Assembly (NCBI GenBank): GCA_030390025.1
Contig: JASTWF010000338.1
Coordinates: 310,001 to 374,000, forward strand
DNA: 64,000 nt
Source of the DNA: Squalus acanthias
Taxonomy: Eukaryota
Direction: 5' to 3'
Position numbers and translations under genes: made by a program. This document shows, piece after piece, positions 12,071-24,141 of the stretch (positions are counted from its first letter, which is position 1; every line of letters starts with the position of its first letter). The notes beneath the pieces are model-generated. The model did not search any database. It saw only the letters and a program-made list of their open reading frames with translations, and had not been told where the DNA came from.

Positions 12071-12649
12071 TGTAGGGGAGCTTTACTCTGTATCTAACCC
12101 GTGCTGTAGCTGGCCTTGGAGTGTTTGAAGGGACAGTGTAGAGGGAGCTTTACTCTGTATCTAACCCGTGCTGTAGCTGGCCTTGGAGTGTTTGAAGGGA
12201 CAGTGTAGAGGGAGCTTTACTCTGTATCTAACCCATGCTGTACCAGGCCTGGGAGTGTTTGATGGGCTAGTACAGAGGGTGCTTTACCCCATTATTGCCC
12301 ATGATGCACCCTCCAATTAATGCTCCGATGGTCCCTCTCTTTGATACCCTGAAGATCCCTCCACTTATTGCTTCTGACACTATTCCTGTTACAGGGAATA
12401 GACTTGTTTCGGAGCACAAAGGAGGTTGTGATATCCTTGCCTCATCCCAAACACCATTTCCACAAACTGCCTCTCTGTTTGTTTCCTGGCTCCTTTGTGA
12501 TGTCACCTGGAGACAGGTTTACGCCCCTGGTTACACAGCATCAGTGGGAGTCACTGTGGGGGAACTGGACTTGGCAGCTAACACTGTGAGTGTGTTTAGT
12601 CCCTATAAATTTAATATTAAGGTAAGTAATTCAACCAAATGTCATACAA

Positions 12650-12770
12650 TCATAGTATGGTTACAGTACAGAAGGAGGCCATTCAGCCCATCGAGCCTGT
12701 CCCACTCCCTCGCCCTTTCCCCTAGCCTGCAAATTTTTTCCTTCAGATACTTATCCAATTCCCTTTTGAA
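12650..12770 (-). mobile_element. Short CR1 3'-tail fragment
   Basis: cagaaggaggccattcagcccatcgagcctg is the reverse complement of a CR1 terminal stem-loop. Confidence 0.7.
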
Positions 12771-15700
12771 AGACATTAATTACAAATATATTCACATTAA
12801 ATATAATCATAGTAACAAAAATAGTCCAATTGTATTCCGCTTAAATTCTAGAATTAATATTCATTTTTAGATTCGAAGATTCTTGGCATGAACAGTATCT
12901 CTGGAAGGTGGAGAGAGAGGAGTCGAATCATCGTCACACTTACTGGGACTGGAAAAGGTCGCTGGATTCACAGAGAAGATCTGGTGGGAACAAGAACCCC
13001 AGAGGTGAGAGTCTAACCAGCTGCTGGGAGCTGTCTGACAGCTGCCATAAGGCTCAGCCTTTGATGCGACAAGTTGACCTGAATTTAACTCGAATGTAAA
13101 GCTAGCCAATACCTCACCTGGGAGTGCTTGACACTTACATGTAGAGGAAGTTTTATTCTGTGTTCTTACAGTGCAGTACCTGAGCTGGTGTGCTTCATTG
13201 GATAGTTTCAGAGGAGCTGCACGTAGCAGTTAACACATGCTGGATCTGAGTTGGCTGTGTTTGGTGAACCAATTTAGAGAGAGCTTCACTCTGTATCTAA
13301 CCCGTGCTCAGCCTGCCCTGGGAGTGTTTCATGGGAAAGTGTAGATGGAGCTTTACTCTGTATCTAACCCGTGCTTAGCCTGCCCTGGGAGGGTTTGATG
13401 GGGATAGTGTAGATGGAGCATTACTCACTATATAACCACATGCTGTACCTGCTCTGGGAGTGTTTGATGTGATAGTGTAGATGGAGCTTTCCTCTGTATC
13501 TAACTCATGCTGCACCTGCCCCTGGGAGTGTTTGATGGGATAGTGTAGATGGAGCTTTCCTCTGTATCTAACTCATGCTGCACCTGCCCCTGGGAGTGTT
13601 TGATGGGATAGTGTAGATCAAGCTTTACTCTGTATCTAACCCATGCTCTGCCTGCCCAGGGAGTGTTTGATCAGACAGTGTAGAGGGAGCTATACTCTGT
13701 ACCTAAACTGTGCTGTACCTGGCCTGGGAGTGTCTTATGGGATAGTACAGAGGGAGCTTTACCCCATTATTGTCCATGATGCACCCTCCAAGTAATCCTT
13801 TGATGATCCCACCACTTGATACCCCTGAAGATCCCTCCACTTCTTGCCTATGATGCCCTTCCTGTTACAGGGAATAGACTTGTTTCAGAGCACAAAGGAG
13901 GTTGTAATATCATTGCCCCATCCCAAACACCATTCCCACAAACTGCCTCACTCTGCCAAAGCAGGAGGGAGACACACTGGCTGATATAAAGAGAAGGGAA
14001 ACTTTCTGGTGTATAAAGCAAGAAGTAGACTTGGAGGCCATTGAATAGTGGGACCTCACATTTGGAAGATGGGAGGGATAATTTATCAGTGGTAATTTTA
14101 CAGTCTGTGCTCCCTGCTTGGAGTCTTTGTACATGGGATTGGGTTGGAGACTGGAGAAATGTCGCTGGATTCACAGAGCAGATCTGGTGGGACCAAGACC
14201 CTCAATGTCAAAGACGGGATGAAACAAGAAGCCCCAACAATGATTGTAAAGGTGATGAACTTTACTGAGGATCCCATCAGTCCAGGATTTTGCCAAGGTG
14301 AGAGTCTAACCATCTACTGGGTGCTTCTTCGACAAATGCCTTTGATGCGACTAGTACAACAGAGCTCAACTTGTATGTAAAGCTAGCCCATACCTGGGAC
14401 TGCTTGACACTTACATGTAGTGGGATTTTTATTCTAAGTTCATCCCATGCTGTACCTGAGCTGTTGTGCTTCATTGGGTAGTGTCAGAGGAGCTGTACGC
14501 TGAATTTAAAACATGCTGGATCTGAGTTGGCTGTGTGTGATCAACCAATTTAGAGAGAGCTTTACACTTCATCTAAGTTGTACTGTACCTGGCCTGGGAG
14601 TGTTAGATGGTAATGTAAAGTGGGAGGCTTTACTCTGTATCTAAGCAGCGCTATACCAGGCCTGGGAGTGTTTAATGGGACACTGTAGAAGGAACTTTAC
14701 TCTATATCTAACTGAGACTGACTGATTGACTTTCTTTCATATACCCAGCATGGGCTTGAACTCAGATACTTTCCACATACTCACAGAGATCAGCGCGAGA
14801 GCACAAAACATCCCAAACACAGGAGCTGACCCTGAGATGGTGCGACACGAACTCTGCAGCTACATTAGCAACCTTTAGAGATGAACCCCTGTCCGCGCCC
14901 ATCCTACTTTATCATTTTCTTGTGGTTACAGTTAGAATATTGCAGGTGTGTGACGTCAAGCCTAAGGAATTTCCCACCTTTGACCTCTTCAATTATTTTA
15001 TTTCAGCTCAGCTTTGAAGACCAGGACTGTCCTTCAGATGTCCTGCATTTCCTGACAGCGCAGTTCCAGCACTGGACATGTGACAAGAGAGTGACACCAA
15101 AGAGGTAGGACATGTGCAGCCACACTCATCAACATCCACCTTGCCCACACCTGTTGCTGTGCTGTGACAGATCGAGAAATGCTGGAGTTCCCCTGTGGAG
15201 GGAGGCAACGGCAGCTCTGCTGCAAAAGACAGTCAGTCACTCGACACAAGAGATGGTGAAGGAAAGAATCAGAAAATGTAAAGCTTTGAGGAACTGGATT
15301 CTGAACAAAATGAGGTTCCTCAGATCATGGCGTATTCACCCCAGATACATGTGTCAGAAATGTTTGTTGTCCACAATTAATCCTGAGTGCCTGCCGCTCA
15401 AGAGGAGTAACAGTCAATTCCAGATTAACACATATTGAGGCCTGTTACAAAGGTATTGGAAACCAAACAGGACAAAGACAAATAGCACTGAACTATTGAT
15501 CAATGGGAAGATCTGAATTATAGACAGATTCAATTTGATCCTGCAGGAAGGAAGGAAAAAAAAAAGGAAGGAAGGTTCTAATCTGTAATAACCGGGACAT
15601 TGAAGCACTAATGTGCTGTGCCATGGACTGAATAGGATCAACATTTCCCACTTTCAGACACTTTCCCACTGCTGATTATGGAGTGGGTTGGCCCCATTAG

Positions 15701-16459
15701 CTGGGCTTACAGTGAATCTCACCATTTGTTTCTAACGTCCAATGTGTTTAAATTCAGTTTATTGTTATGTTTCCTCTCCAGAGGCTGATGGTACAGAGCT
15801 GACCAACGTACAGACACTGGCCAACGCTGAATCAGAGGGGAAATTTATAGAGATTATTTTCTCCTCTTTTACCTCACCCATAACTCTTGGGAGACACAAG
15901 TGGTAACTTCTGGCTCCCTTAGTCACCATTCCTGTTAATGCTGGGCCAGATTGGGGACACAAGGCCCTGTCCCTCTGAAGTACTTAGATGACATCTCCAT
16001 AGCCATGGAAAGCTTCATCTGACTGATGTAGAATCCAGTCTCTGGCACTTCCTGAGTGGGAGGAGGATCCGCTCTAATGGCACCAACACTGTCCTTGGGT
16101 CTTTTTCTCCCATCAGCAGCAGAACATCCCTTTACCATCTCCTGCATCAAAAACTCGGGTTGACCTTACTGGTCTTCCTTTGATTCCTTTCCTTTGTTGA
16201 CAGACTTTCCTGCAGTCTATTTTTTGTAATTGTGAACCCAGGTGTAGGGCCCAGACCCAGTAGCAGCAGAGCATGATTGAGGCCAAAGGCAAATTTGTTG
16301 GAACAAATCTCTGGGACTTAGGAATAGAATGACTGTGGAGGCTAAAAAAGTAAATAGAAAAAGAGGACACGAGAACAGGAAAAGGTTAAAGCAAAATTAA
16401 GTTACAATTAAGAAAAACAAGAAACACAATATATAAAACACAAGTTTTTAATTTTAATT

Positions 16460-18720
16460 TATCCATTGTCGGGATGTGGGCATCACTGGCAAGGCCAGCA
16501 TTTATTGCCCATCCCTAGTTGCCCTTGAGAAGGTGGTGGTGAGCCGCCTTCTTGAACCGCTGCAGTCCATGTTGTGAAGGGACTCCCATATTGCTGTTAG
16601 GTAGGGAGTTCCAGAATTCTGTGAGACTTGGAGGGGAACTTGGTGGTAGTGGTGTTCCCATGCGCCTGCTGCCCTTGTCTTTTGAGGTGGTAGAGGTCGC
16701 AGATTTGGGAGGTGCTGTCGTGGAAGCCTTGGCGAGTTGCTGCAGTGCATCTTGTAGATTGAACACACTGCAACCATGGTGTGCCATGGTGGAGGCAGTA
16801 AATGTTTAAGGTGGTGGATGGGATGCCAATCAAGCAGGCTGCTTTGTCCTGGATGGTGTTGAGGTTTTTCAGTGTTGTTGGAGCTGCACTCATCCAGGGA
16901 CATGGAGAATATTCCATCCAACTCCTGACTTGTGCTTTGTAGATAGTGGGAAGGTTTGGGGAGTCAGGAGGTGAGTCACTCGCCGCTAAGTACCCAGCGT
17001 CCGTCTAGTTCTTGCAGCCACAGCATTTATGTGGCCAGTCTAGTTAAGTTTCTGGTCAATGGTGAACCCAGGATTTTGATGGTGGGGGATTCAACGATGG
17101 TTATGCCATTGAACGTCATGGGGAGGTGGTTAGTCTCTCTCTTGTTGGAGATGGTCATTGTCTGGCACTTGTGTGGCACAAATGTTACTTGCCACTTATC
17201 ATCCCCAACCTGAATGTTGTCCGGGTTTGCTGCATGTGGACACAGACTGCCTCATTATCTGACGCATTGCGAATGTAACTTGACACTGTGCAATCAGCAG
17301 CGAACATCCCCACTTCTGAAGGTCATTAATAAAGCAGTTGAAGATGTTGGGCCTAGGACACTGTCCTGAGTAACTGCTGCAGCGATGACCTGGGGCTGAG
17401 ATGATTGGCCTCCAATAACCACAACCATCTTCCTTGTGCTAGATATGACACCATCCAGTGGAGAGTTTTCCCCCGATCCCCATTGACTTCAGATTTGCTA
17501 GGGCTCCTTGGTGCCACACTCGGTCAAATGCTGCCTTGATGTCGAGGACAGTCACTCTCACCTCACCTCTGGAATTCAGCTCTTTTGTCCATGTTTGGAC
17601 CAAGGCTGTAATGAGGTCAGGAGCCAAGTGTTGGCCTTCATTGCAAGAGGATTTGAGTACAGGAGCAAGGATGTCTTACTACAGTTGTACAGGGCCTTGG
17701 TGAGACCACACCTGGAGTACAGTGTGCAGTTTTGGTCTCCTTACCTAAGAAAGGATATACTTGCCATAGAGGGAGTGCAGCGAAGGTTCACCAGACTGAT
17801 TCCTGGGATGACAGGATTGTCATATGAGGAGAGATTGGGTCGACTAGGCCTGTATTCACTAGAGTTTAGAAGAATGAGAGGGGATCTCATTGAAACGTAT
17901 AAAATTTTGACAGGGCTAGACAGACTAGATGCAGGGAGGATGTTTCCCCTGGCTGGGGGGTCTAGAACGAGGGGTCACAGTCTCAGGATACGGGGTAGTA
18001 CATTTAGGACTGAGATGAAGAGAAATTTCTTCACTCAGAGGGTGGTGAACCTGTGGAATTCTCTACCACAGAAGGCTGTGGAGGCCAAGTCACTGAATAT
18101 ATTTAAGAAGGTGATAGATAGATTTCTAGACACAAAAGGCATCGGGTATGGGGAGAGGCAGGAATATGGTATTGAGATAGAGGATCAGCCATGATCATAT
18201 TGAATGGCGGAGCAGGCTCGAAGGGCCGAATGGCCTACTCCTGCTGCTATTTTTCTTTGTTTCTTTCTATGTTTCAAGTGGTCCTGGCAGAAACCAAACT
18301 GGGCATCAGAGAGCAGGTTATTTGAGCGTAAGTGCCGCTTGATAGCATTGTCAATGACAGCTTCCATCACTTTGCTAATGATGGAGAGATGGCTGATGGG
18401 GTGGTAACTGGCTGTTGGATTAGTCCAGCTTTTTCCGGACTGGACATACCTGGCCAATTTACCACTTTGTCGGGTAGATGCCAGTACTGGATCAGCTTGG
18501 CTGGAGGTGCAGCTAGTTCTGGAGCACAGGTCTTCAGCTCTGCAGCCGGGATGTTGCCGGGGCCCATAGCCTTTGCTGTATCCAGTGCGCTCTACCGTTC
18601 TTGATATCACGTGGAGTGAAGCAAATTGGCTGAAGACTGGCTTCTGTGATGGTGGTGACCTCAGGAGCAGGCCGAGATGTATCATCCACTTGGCACTTGT
18701 GGCTGAAGATTGTTGTGAAG
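16460..18720 (-). mobile_element. LINE-A 3' end and RT region (only array copy with the natural 3' terminus)
   Basis: VLDIKAAFDRVWHQG RT motif; 3' end aagggcaactagggatgggcaataaatgctgg matches 57802-57835. Confidence 0.9.
17631..18274 (+). mobile_element. CR1 3' fragment (CR1-B); copies at 34655-35300 and 42731-43192 (internally deleted)
   Basis: CR1 ORF2 C-terminus and tail; CAAGTG target-site duplication in all three copies. Confidence 0.93.
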
Positions 18721-21700
18721 GAAACAGACTAGGGTCCTGAATTTAAATAAAGGAAACTACGATGGTATGAGGCGCGAATTGGCTAGGATGGATTGGGGAA
18801 CGTTACTTAAAGGGTTGATGGTGGATAGGCAATGGCAAACATTTAAAGATCGCATGGATAAACTATAGAATTTGTTCATCCCTGTTTGGCGTAAAAATAA
18901 AACAAAAAAGGTGACTCAACCGTGGCTAATAAGGGAAATTAGGAATAGCATAAGATCCAAGGAGAGAACATATAAATTTGCCAGAAAAAGCAGCAAACCT
19001 GAGGATTGGGAGCAGTTTAGGATTCAGCAAAGGAGGACAAAGGGATTAATTAAGAGGGGGAAAATAGAGTCGGACAGTAAGCTGGCAGGGAACATAAAAA
19101 CTGACTGTAAAAGCTTCTATAGATATATGAAGATAAAAAGATTGGTGAAGTCAAGCGTAGGTCCTTTGCAGTCAGAATCAGGGGAATTTATAATGGGGAA
19201 CAAAGAAATGGCAGACCAATTAAATACATACTTTGGTTCTGTCTTCACAAAGGAGGACACAAATAACCTCCCAGAGATGTCGGGGAACATAGGGTCTAAT
19301 GAGAGGGCGGAACTGAATGAAATCAGTATTTGTAGGGAAATGGTGTTAGGGAAATTGATGGGATTGAAGGCCGATAAATCCCCAGGGCCTGATAATCTAC
19401 ATTCTAGGGTACTTAAAGAAGTGGCCCTAGGAATAGTAGATGCATTGCTGGTCATCTTCCAAAATTCTATAGACTCTGGAACAGTTCCCATGGATTGGTG
19501 GGTAGCTAATGTATCCCCACTATTTAAAAAAGGTGGGAGAGAGAAAATGGGGAATTATAGACTGGTAAGCCTGACATCAGTAGTGGGGAAAATGCTAGAT
19601 TCCATTCTAAAAGATGTAATAGCAGAGCACTTGGAAAACAGTGACAGGATCGGACAAAGTCAACATGGATTTACAAAAGGTAAATCATGCTTGACTAACC
19701 TACTGGAATTTTTTGAGGATGTAACTGGTAGAATAGATAAGGGAGAACCAGTGGATGTGGTGTATTTGGACTTTCAGAAGGCTTTCGCTAAGGTCCCGCA
19801 TAAGAGATTGGCGTGCAAAGTTAAAGCACATGGGATTGTGGGGGTAAGGTACTGACTTGGATAGAGAACTGGTTGGCAGACAGGAAGCAAAGAGTTGGAA
19901 TAAACGGGTCTTTTTCCAAGTGGCAGGCAGTGACTAGTGGGGTACCACAGGGATCGGTGCTAGGACCCGAGTTATTCACAATATATATTAATGATCTAGA
20001 CGAGGGTGTAGGGGGTGGTGTGGTAGGGGTCAGCCTCACCTCTGACTCAGCGAGCGGTTCGAATCGCTCCCACGCCCCTGGTTCTGGACCTTGGAAATAT
20101 TTGGGGGTTGTGAACAAAAATGCAGTAGACAACAGGTTCCGATGAAAGAATTTTGACTTTTATTCAAAGAAAAGGTAACAAACTTAAAACACACAAAACA
20201 CTTAAACAGGTTGGGGAGCACACGGTGCAGGCAAGGGAGAACGACAATATACAAAAACCCTTATCCCTCCCAAAAATCCCACTATCTAGCTAGGTCTTGG
20301 TTTCAGGAGATCAGGGATAATGCTCACCAAACAGGGGTTCTGACAGTGCGAAATCCAGCCAGGTAAGTTGATTGCGATTTTGAGGTATTCTCTTTTTGTC
20401 CTTTGGGGCCTGCCGTCCCCACGTGGTACCAGTCTGTGAAATCTGCGATGGTGGTCTGGTCGTCGAGTTTTGTTGCGTTGGAGGCTTGTCGGGGCGGTAC
20501 CTTCTGGGGCTGGACTGTGGGTTGAGCGATGCCGACTCGCTCCCAGCCTCCAGTGACCTTGGCTCGTGGCTGCTAGTGCAAGACCGTGTGTTGAGCGATG
20601 CCGACTCGCTCCCAGTGGCCTCAGCTCTAGCCCTTGCCTGGCCTAGTCTGTCCCTGCCTCCGATCTCGCCCCGGGTCTGCCTCGGGGCCTTGCTGCTTCT
20701 CTCCACCTCCTGCTCGTGTCGTGTGGCTGGTAGTGTCTTGCTGGAACTTGCTGCAACAGGAACAGAGCTGAGAGAGACTTTGTTGGGGGATTAGGCCCTC
20801 AATTATACTGTTCAGATCCTTTGTCTTTTTCGCGCCAAAACCCCTTTCCTAAATCGGTTTCGTGTTGAAGTGATTTAGGTTTCAGTTGAGCCCTGTTCAT
20901 TCCATTGTCTTAGTTTTGCGGGCTTGTTAAGTTTTGATGTTTTTAACTTGGTGTTAAATTGTCCTGATGGCTTCCGATGTCTCCCATTTAGGCAGGGCCT
21001 TTATCTACGTGCCAAATCTTGTCCCTATAGATACCTGGCTGATTGGTTTTTGATGAAGTAATGGCTGTACGAGATGTTTTATTGTTTACAGGCTTCTGGC
21101 ATCCTGTTTGGGCCTGGGGATATTCAAAAGGTGTCTTGAATTATTCAATTTTGGATGTGTTGTGAGGTTTTGGGTGAGGTTCTTCCTCCTGCCTGGATTG
21201 CAGTGCAAACAAATTCCAGACAGCTTGACTCCAAAAGTTGTCCACTGCCTCGCCACACCCCTTCGCAAAGGTGTTTTATTTTCCATAGTCATTTTCAAAA
21301 GTCATTTTTCCCCAGGTTTTTTTCTTCCCTGATCTTTAAAATGTCCAAAACTCAGGTTTTTACCTCAAATCACTTCGCTAATGTCCCATCATCCCAAATT
21401 CGTAGGAAAAATCCAAAAATCACCCCTTTTAGGGTTCTATACGAGTTTCTGGGGAATTTTGCAAAGCTTACAGGGAACTAGATGTAATATCTGCAAGTTT
21501 GCAGACGACACAAAGTTGGGTGGGAGTGTGTGCTGCGAGGAGGATACTGAGAAACTCCAGGATGATTTGGACAGGTTGGGTGATTGGGCAGAAGTGTGGC
21601 AGATGCAATATAACGTGGATAAATGCGAGGTTATCCACTTTGGTGTCAAAAACAGGAAGGCAGATCATTATCTGAACGGCAATAGATTGGGAGAAGGGGA

Positions 21701-24141
21701 AGTGCAACGAGACCTGGGTGTCCTTGTGCACCAGTCGCTGAAAGTAAGCATGCAGGTGCAGCAGGCGGTGAAGAAGGCAAATGGTATGTTGGCCTTCATA
21801 GCGAAAGGGTTTGAGTATAGGAACAGGGATGTCCTGCTGCAGTTGTACAGGGCCTTGGTGAGACCACACCTTGAGTACTGTCTGCAGTTTTGGTCGCCTT
21901 ATCTGAGGAAGGATGTTCTTGCCATGGAAGGAGTTCAGCGAAGATTCACAAGGCTGATACCTGGGATGGCAGGAATGACATATGAGGAGAGATTGGGTCG
22001 ATTGGGCTTATACTCGCTGGAGTATAGAAGAATGAGAGGGGATCTCATCGAAACATATAAAATTCTGACAGGTCTGGACAAACTGGATGCAGGAAGAATG
22101 TTCCCAATGGTCAGAGAGTCCAGAACCAGGGGTCATGATCTAAGGATAAGGGGTAAGCCATTTAGGACAGAAATGAGGAAGAATTTCTTCACCCAGAGAG
22201 TGGTGAACCTGTGGAATTCTCTACCACAGAAGGTAGTTGAGGCCAAGTCATTAAATATATTCAAGAATGAGTTAGATATATTTCTTAAAGCTAAAGGTAT
22301 CAAGGGATATGGGGAGAAGGCAGGTACAGGGTACTGAGTTTGGATGATCAGCCATGATCTCATCGAATGGCGGCGCAGGCTCGAGGGGCCGAATGGCCTA
22401 CTCCTGCTCCTATCTTCTATGTTTCTATGTTTCTATGTCTTCACAAAGGAGGACAAAATAACCTCCCAGAGATGTCGGGGAACATAGGGTCTAATGAGAG
22501 GGAGGAACTGAATGAAATCAGTATTTGTAGGGAAATGGTATAAGGGAAATTGACGGGATTGAAGGCCGATAAATCCCCAGGGCCTGATAATCTACATCCT
22601 AGGGTACTTAAGGAAGTGGCCCTAGAAATAGTAGATGCATTGCTGGTCATCTTTCAAACTTCTATAGACTCTGGAACAGTTCCCATGGATTGGAGGGTAG
22701 CTAATGTAACCCCACTATTTAAAAGAGGTGGTAGAGAGAAAATGGGGAATTATAGACCGGTAAGCCTGACATCGGTAGTGGGGAAAATACTAGAGTCCAT
22801 TATAAAAGATGTAATAGCAGAGCACTTGGAAAACAGTGACAGGATCGGACAAAGTCAACATGGATTTACAAAAGGTAAATCATGCTTAACTAATCTACAG
22901 GGTGTAACTGGTAGAATAGATAAGGGAGAACCATTACACGTGGTGTATTTGGACTTTCAGAAGGCTTTCGATAAGGTCCCGCATAAGAGATTAGCGTGCA
23001 AAGTTAAAGCACATGGGATTGGTGGGGGTAAGGTACTGACTTGGATAGAAAACATGGTTGTCAGACAGGAAGCAAAGAGCTGGAATAAACGGGTCTTTTT
23101 CCGAGTGGCAGGCAGTGACTAGTGGGGTACCGCAGGGATCGGTGCTGGGACCCCAGCTATTCACAATATATATTAATGATCTAGACGAGGGAACTAGATG
23201 TAATATCTCCAAGTTTGCAGACAACACAAAGCTGGGTGGGCGTATGTGCTGTGAGGAGGTTGCAGAGAAACTGCAGTATGATTTGGAAAGGTTGGGTGAT
23301 TGGGCAGATGCATGGCAGATGCATGGATAAATGCGAGGATATCCACTTTGGTGGTAAAAACAGGAAGGCACATTATCTGAACGGCAATAGATTGGAAAAA
23401 GGGGAAGTGTAACGAGACCTGCGTGTCCTTGTGCACCAGTCGCTGAAGGTAAGCATGCAGGTGCAGCAGGCGGTTAAGAAGGCAAATGGTATGTTGGCCT
23501 TCATAGCGAGAGGATTCGAGTACAGGAGCAAGGATGTCTTGCTGCAGTTGTACAGGGCCTTGGTGAGACCACACCTTGAGTATTGTGTGCAGTTTTGGAT
23601 GCCTTATCTGAGGAAGGATGCTCTTGCCATGGAGGGAGTGCAGCGAAGATTCACCAGACTGATACCTGGGATGGCAGGAATGACGTATGAAGAGAGATTG
23701 GGTCGATTAGGCTTATATTCGCTAGAGTTTAGAAGAATGAGAGGGGATCTCATTGAAACTTATAAAATTCTAACAGGACTAGACAGACTAGATGCAGAAA
23801 GGCTGTTCCCGATTGTGGGGGAGTCCAGAACCAAGGGTCACAGTCTAAGGATAAGGGGTAAGCCATTTAGGACTGAGAGGAGGAGGAATTTCTTCACCCA
23901 GAGAGTGGTGAACCTGTGGAATTCTCTACCACAGAAGGCAGTTGAGGCCAATTCATTAAATATCTTCAAGAAGGAGTTAGATATATTTCTTAAGGCTAAG
24001 GGGATCAAGGGATATGGGGAGAAAGCAGGGACAGGGTACTGAATTTGGATGATCAGCCATGATCAGATTGAATGGCGGAGCAGGCTTGAGGGGCCGAATG
24101 GCCTACTCCTGCTCCTATCTTCTATGTTTCTATGTTTCTAT
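18721..24141 (+). mobile_element. CR1 RT-region fragments (CR1-C): 18721-22437 split by an LTR, then 22436-24141 with the empty LTR site
   Basis: [37 protein letters not shown]; ttctatgt tails at ~22420-22437 and ~24120-24141. Confidence 0.93.
20007..21472 (-). mobile_element. Probable solo LTR (1466 bp)
   Basis: TGTA...TACA termini splitting CR1 at gacgaggg/aactag (empty site at ~23186); minus-strand AATAAA at ~20159-20164 and TATA-like TATAAT at ~20805. Confidence 0.75.

Larger units (their letters stand above)
11235..14712. repeat. 66-67 bp minisatellite blocks (~11235-11624, 12071-12270, 13120-13760, 14390-14712)
   Basis: Unit gctgtacctgccctgggagtgtttgatgggacagtgtagagggagctttactctgtatctaacccgt repeated head-to-tail with no spacers. 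Confidence 0.95.

Noticed and set aside
11235..14712. CRISPR-like array or repeat protein (MLYLPWECLIGQCRGSFTLY ORFs)
   Set aside because: Head-to-tail 66-67 bp units without unique spacers, in vertebrate DNA, with unit lengths that break frame; a minisatellite
15880..16335. Minus-strand coding exon after a strong polypyrimidine tract
   Set aside because: All three frames hit stops and no protein family is recognisable
21381..22337. Novel LTR-CR1 fusion protein (also 38620 and 46533)
   Set aside because: Chance ATG on the antisense LTR edge in frame with a partial RT; the other two copies are frameshifted or truncated
18721..24141. Intact autonomous CR1
   Set aside because: 5'-truncated, no ORF1 or endonuclease, stops, frameshifts and an LTR insertion; the same holds for every CR1 in the window
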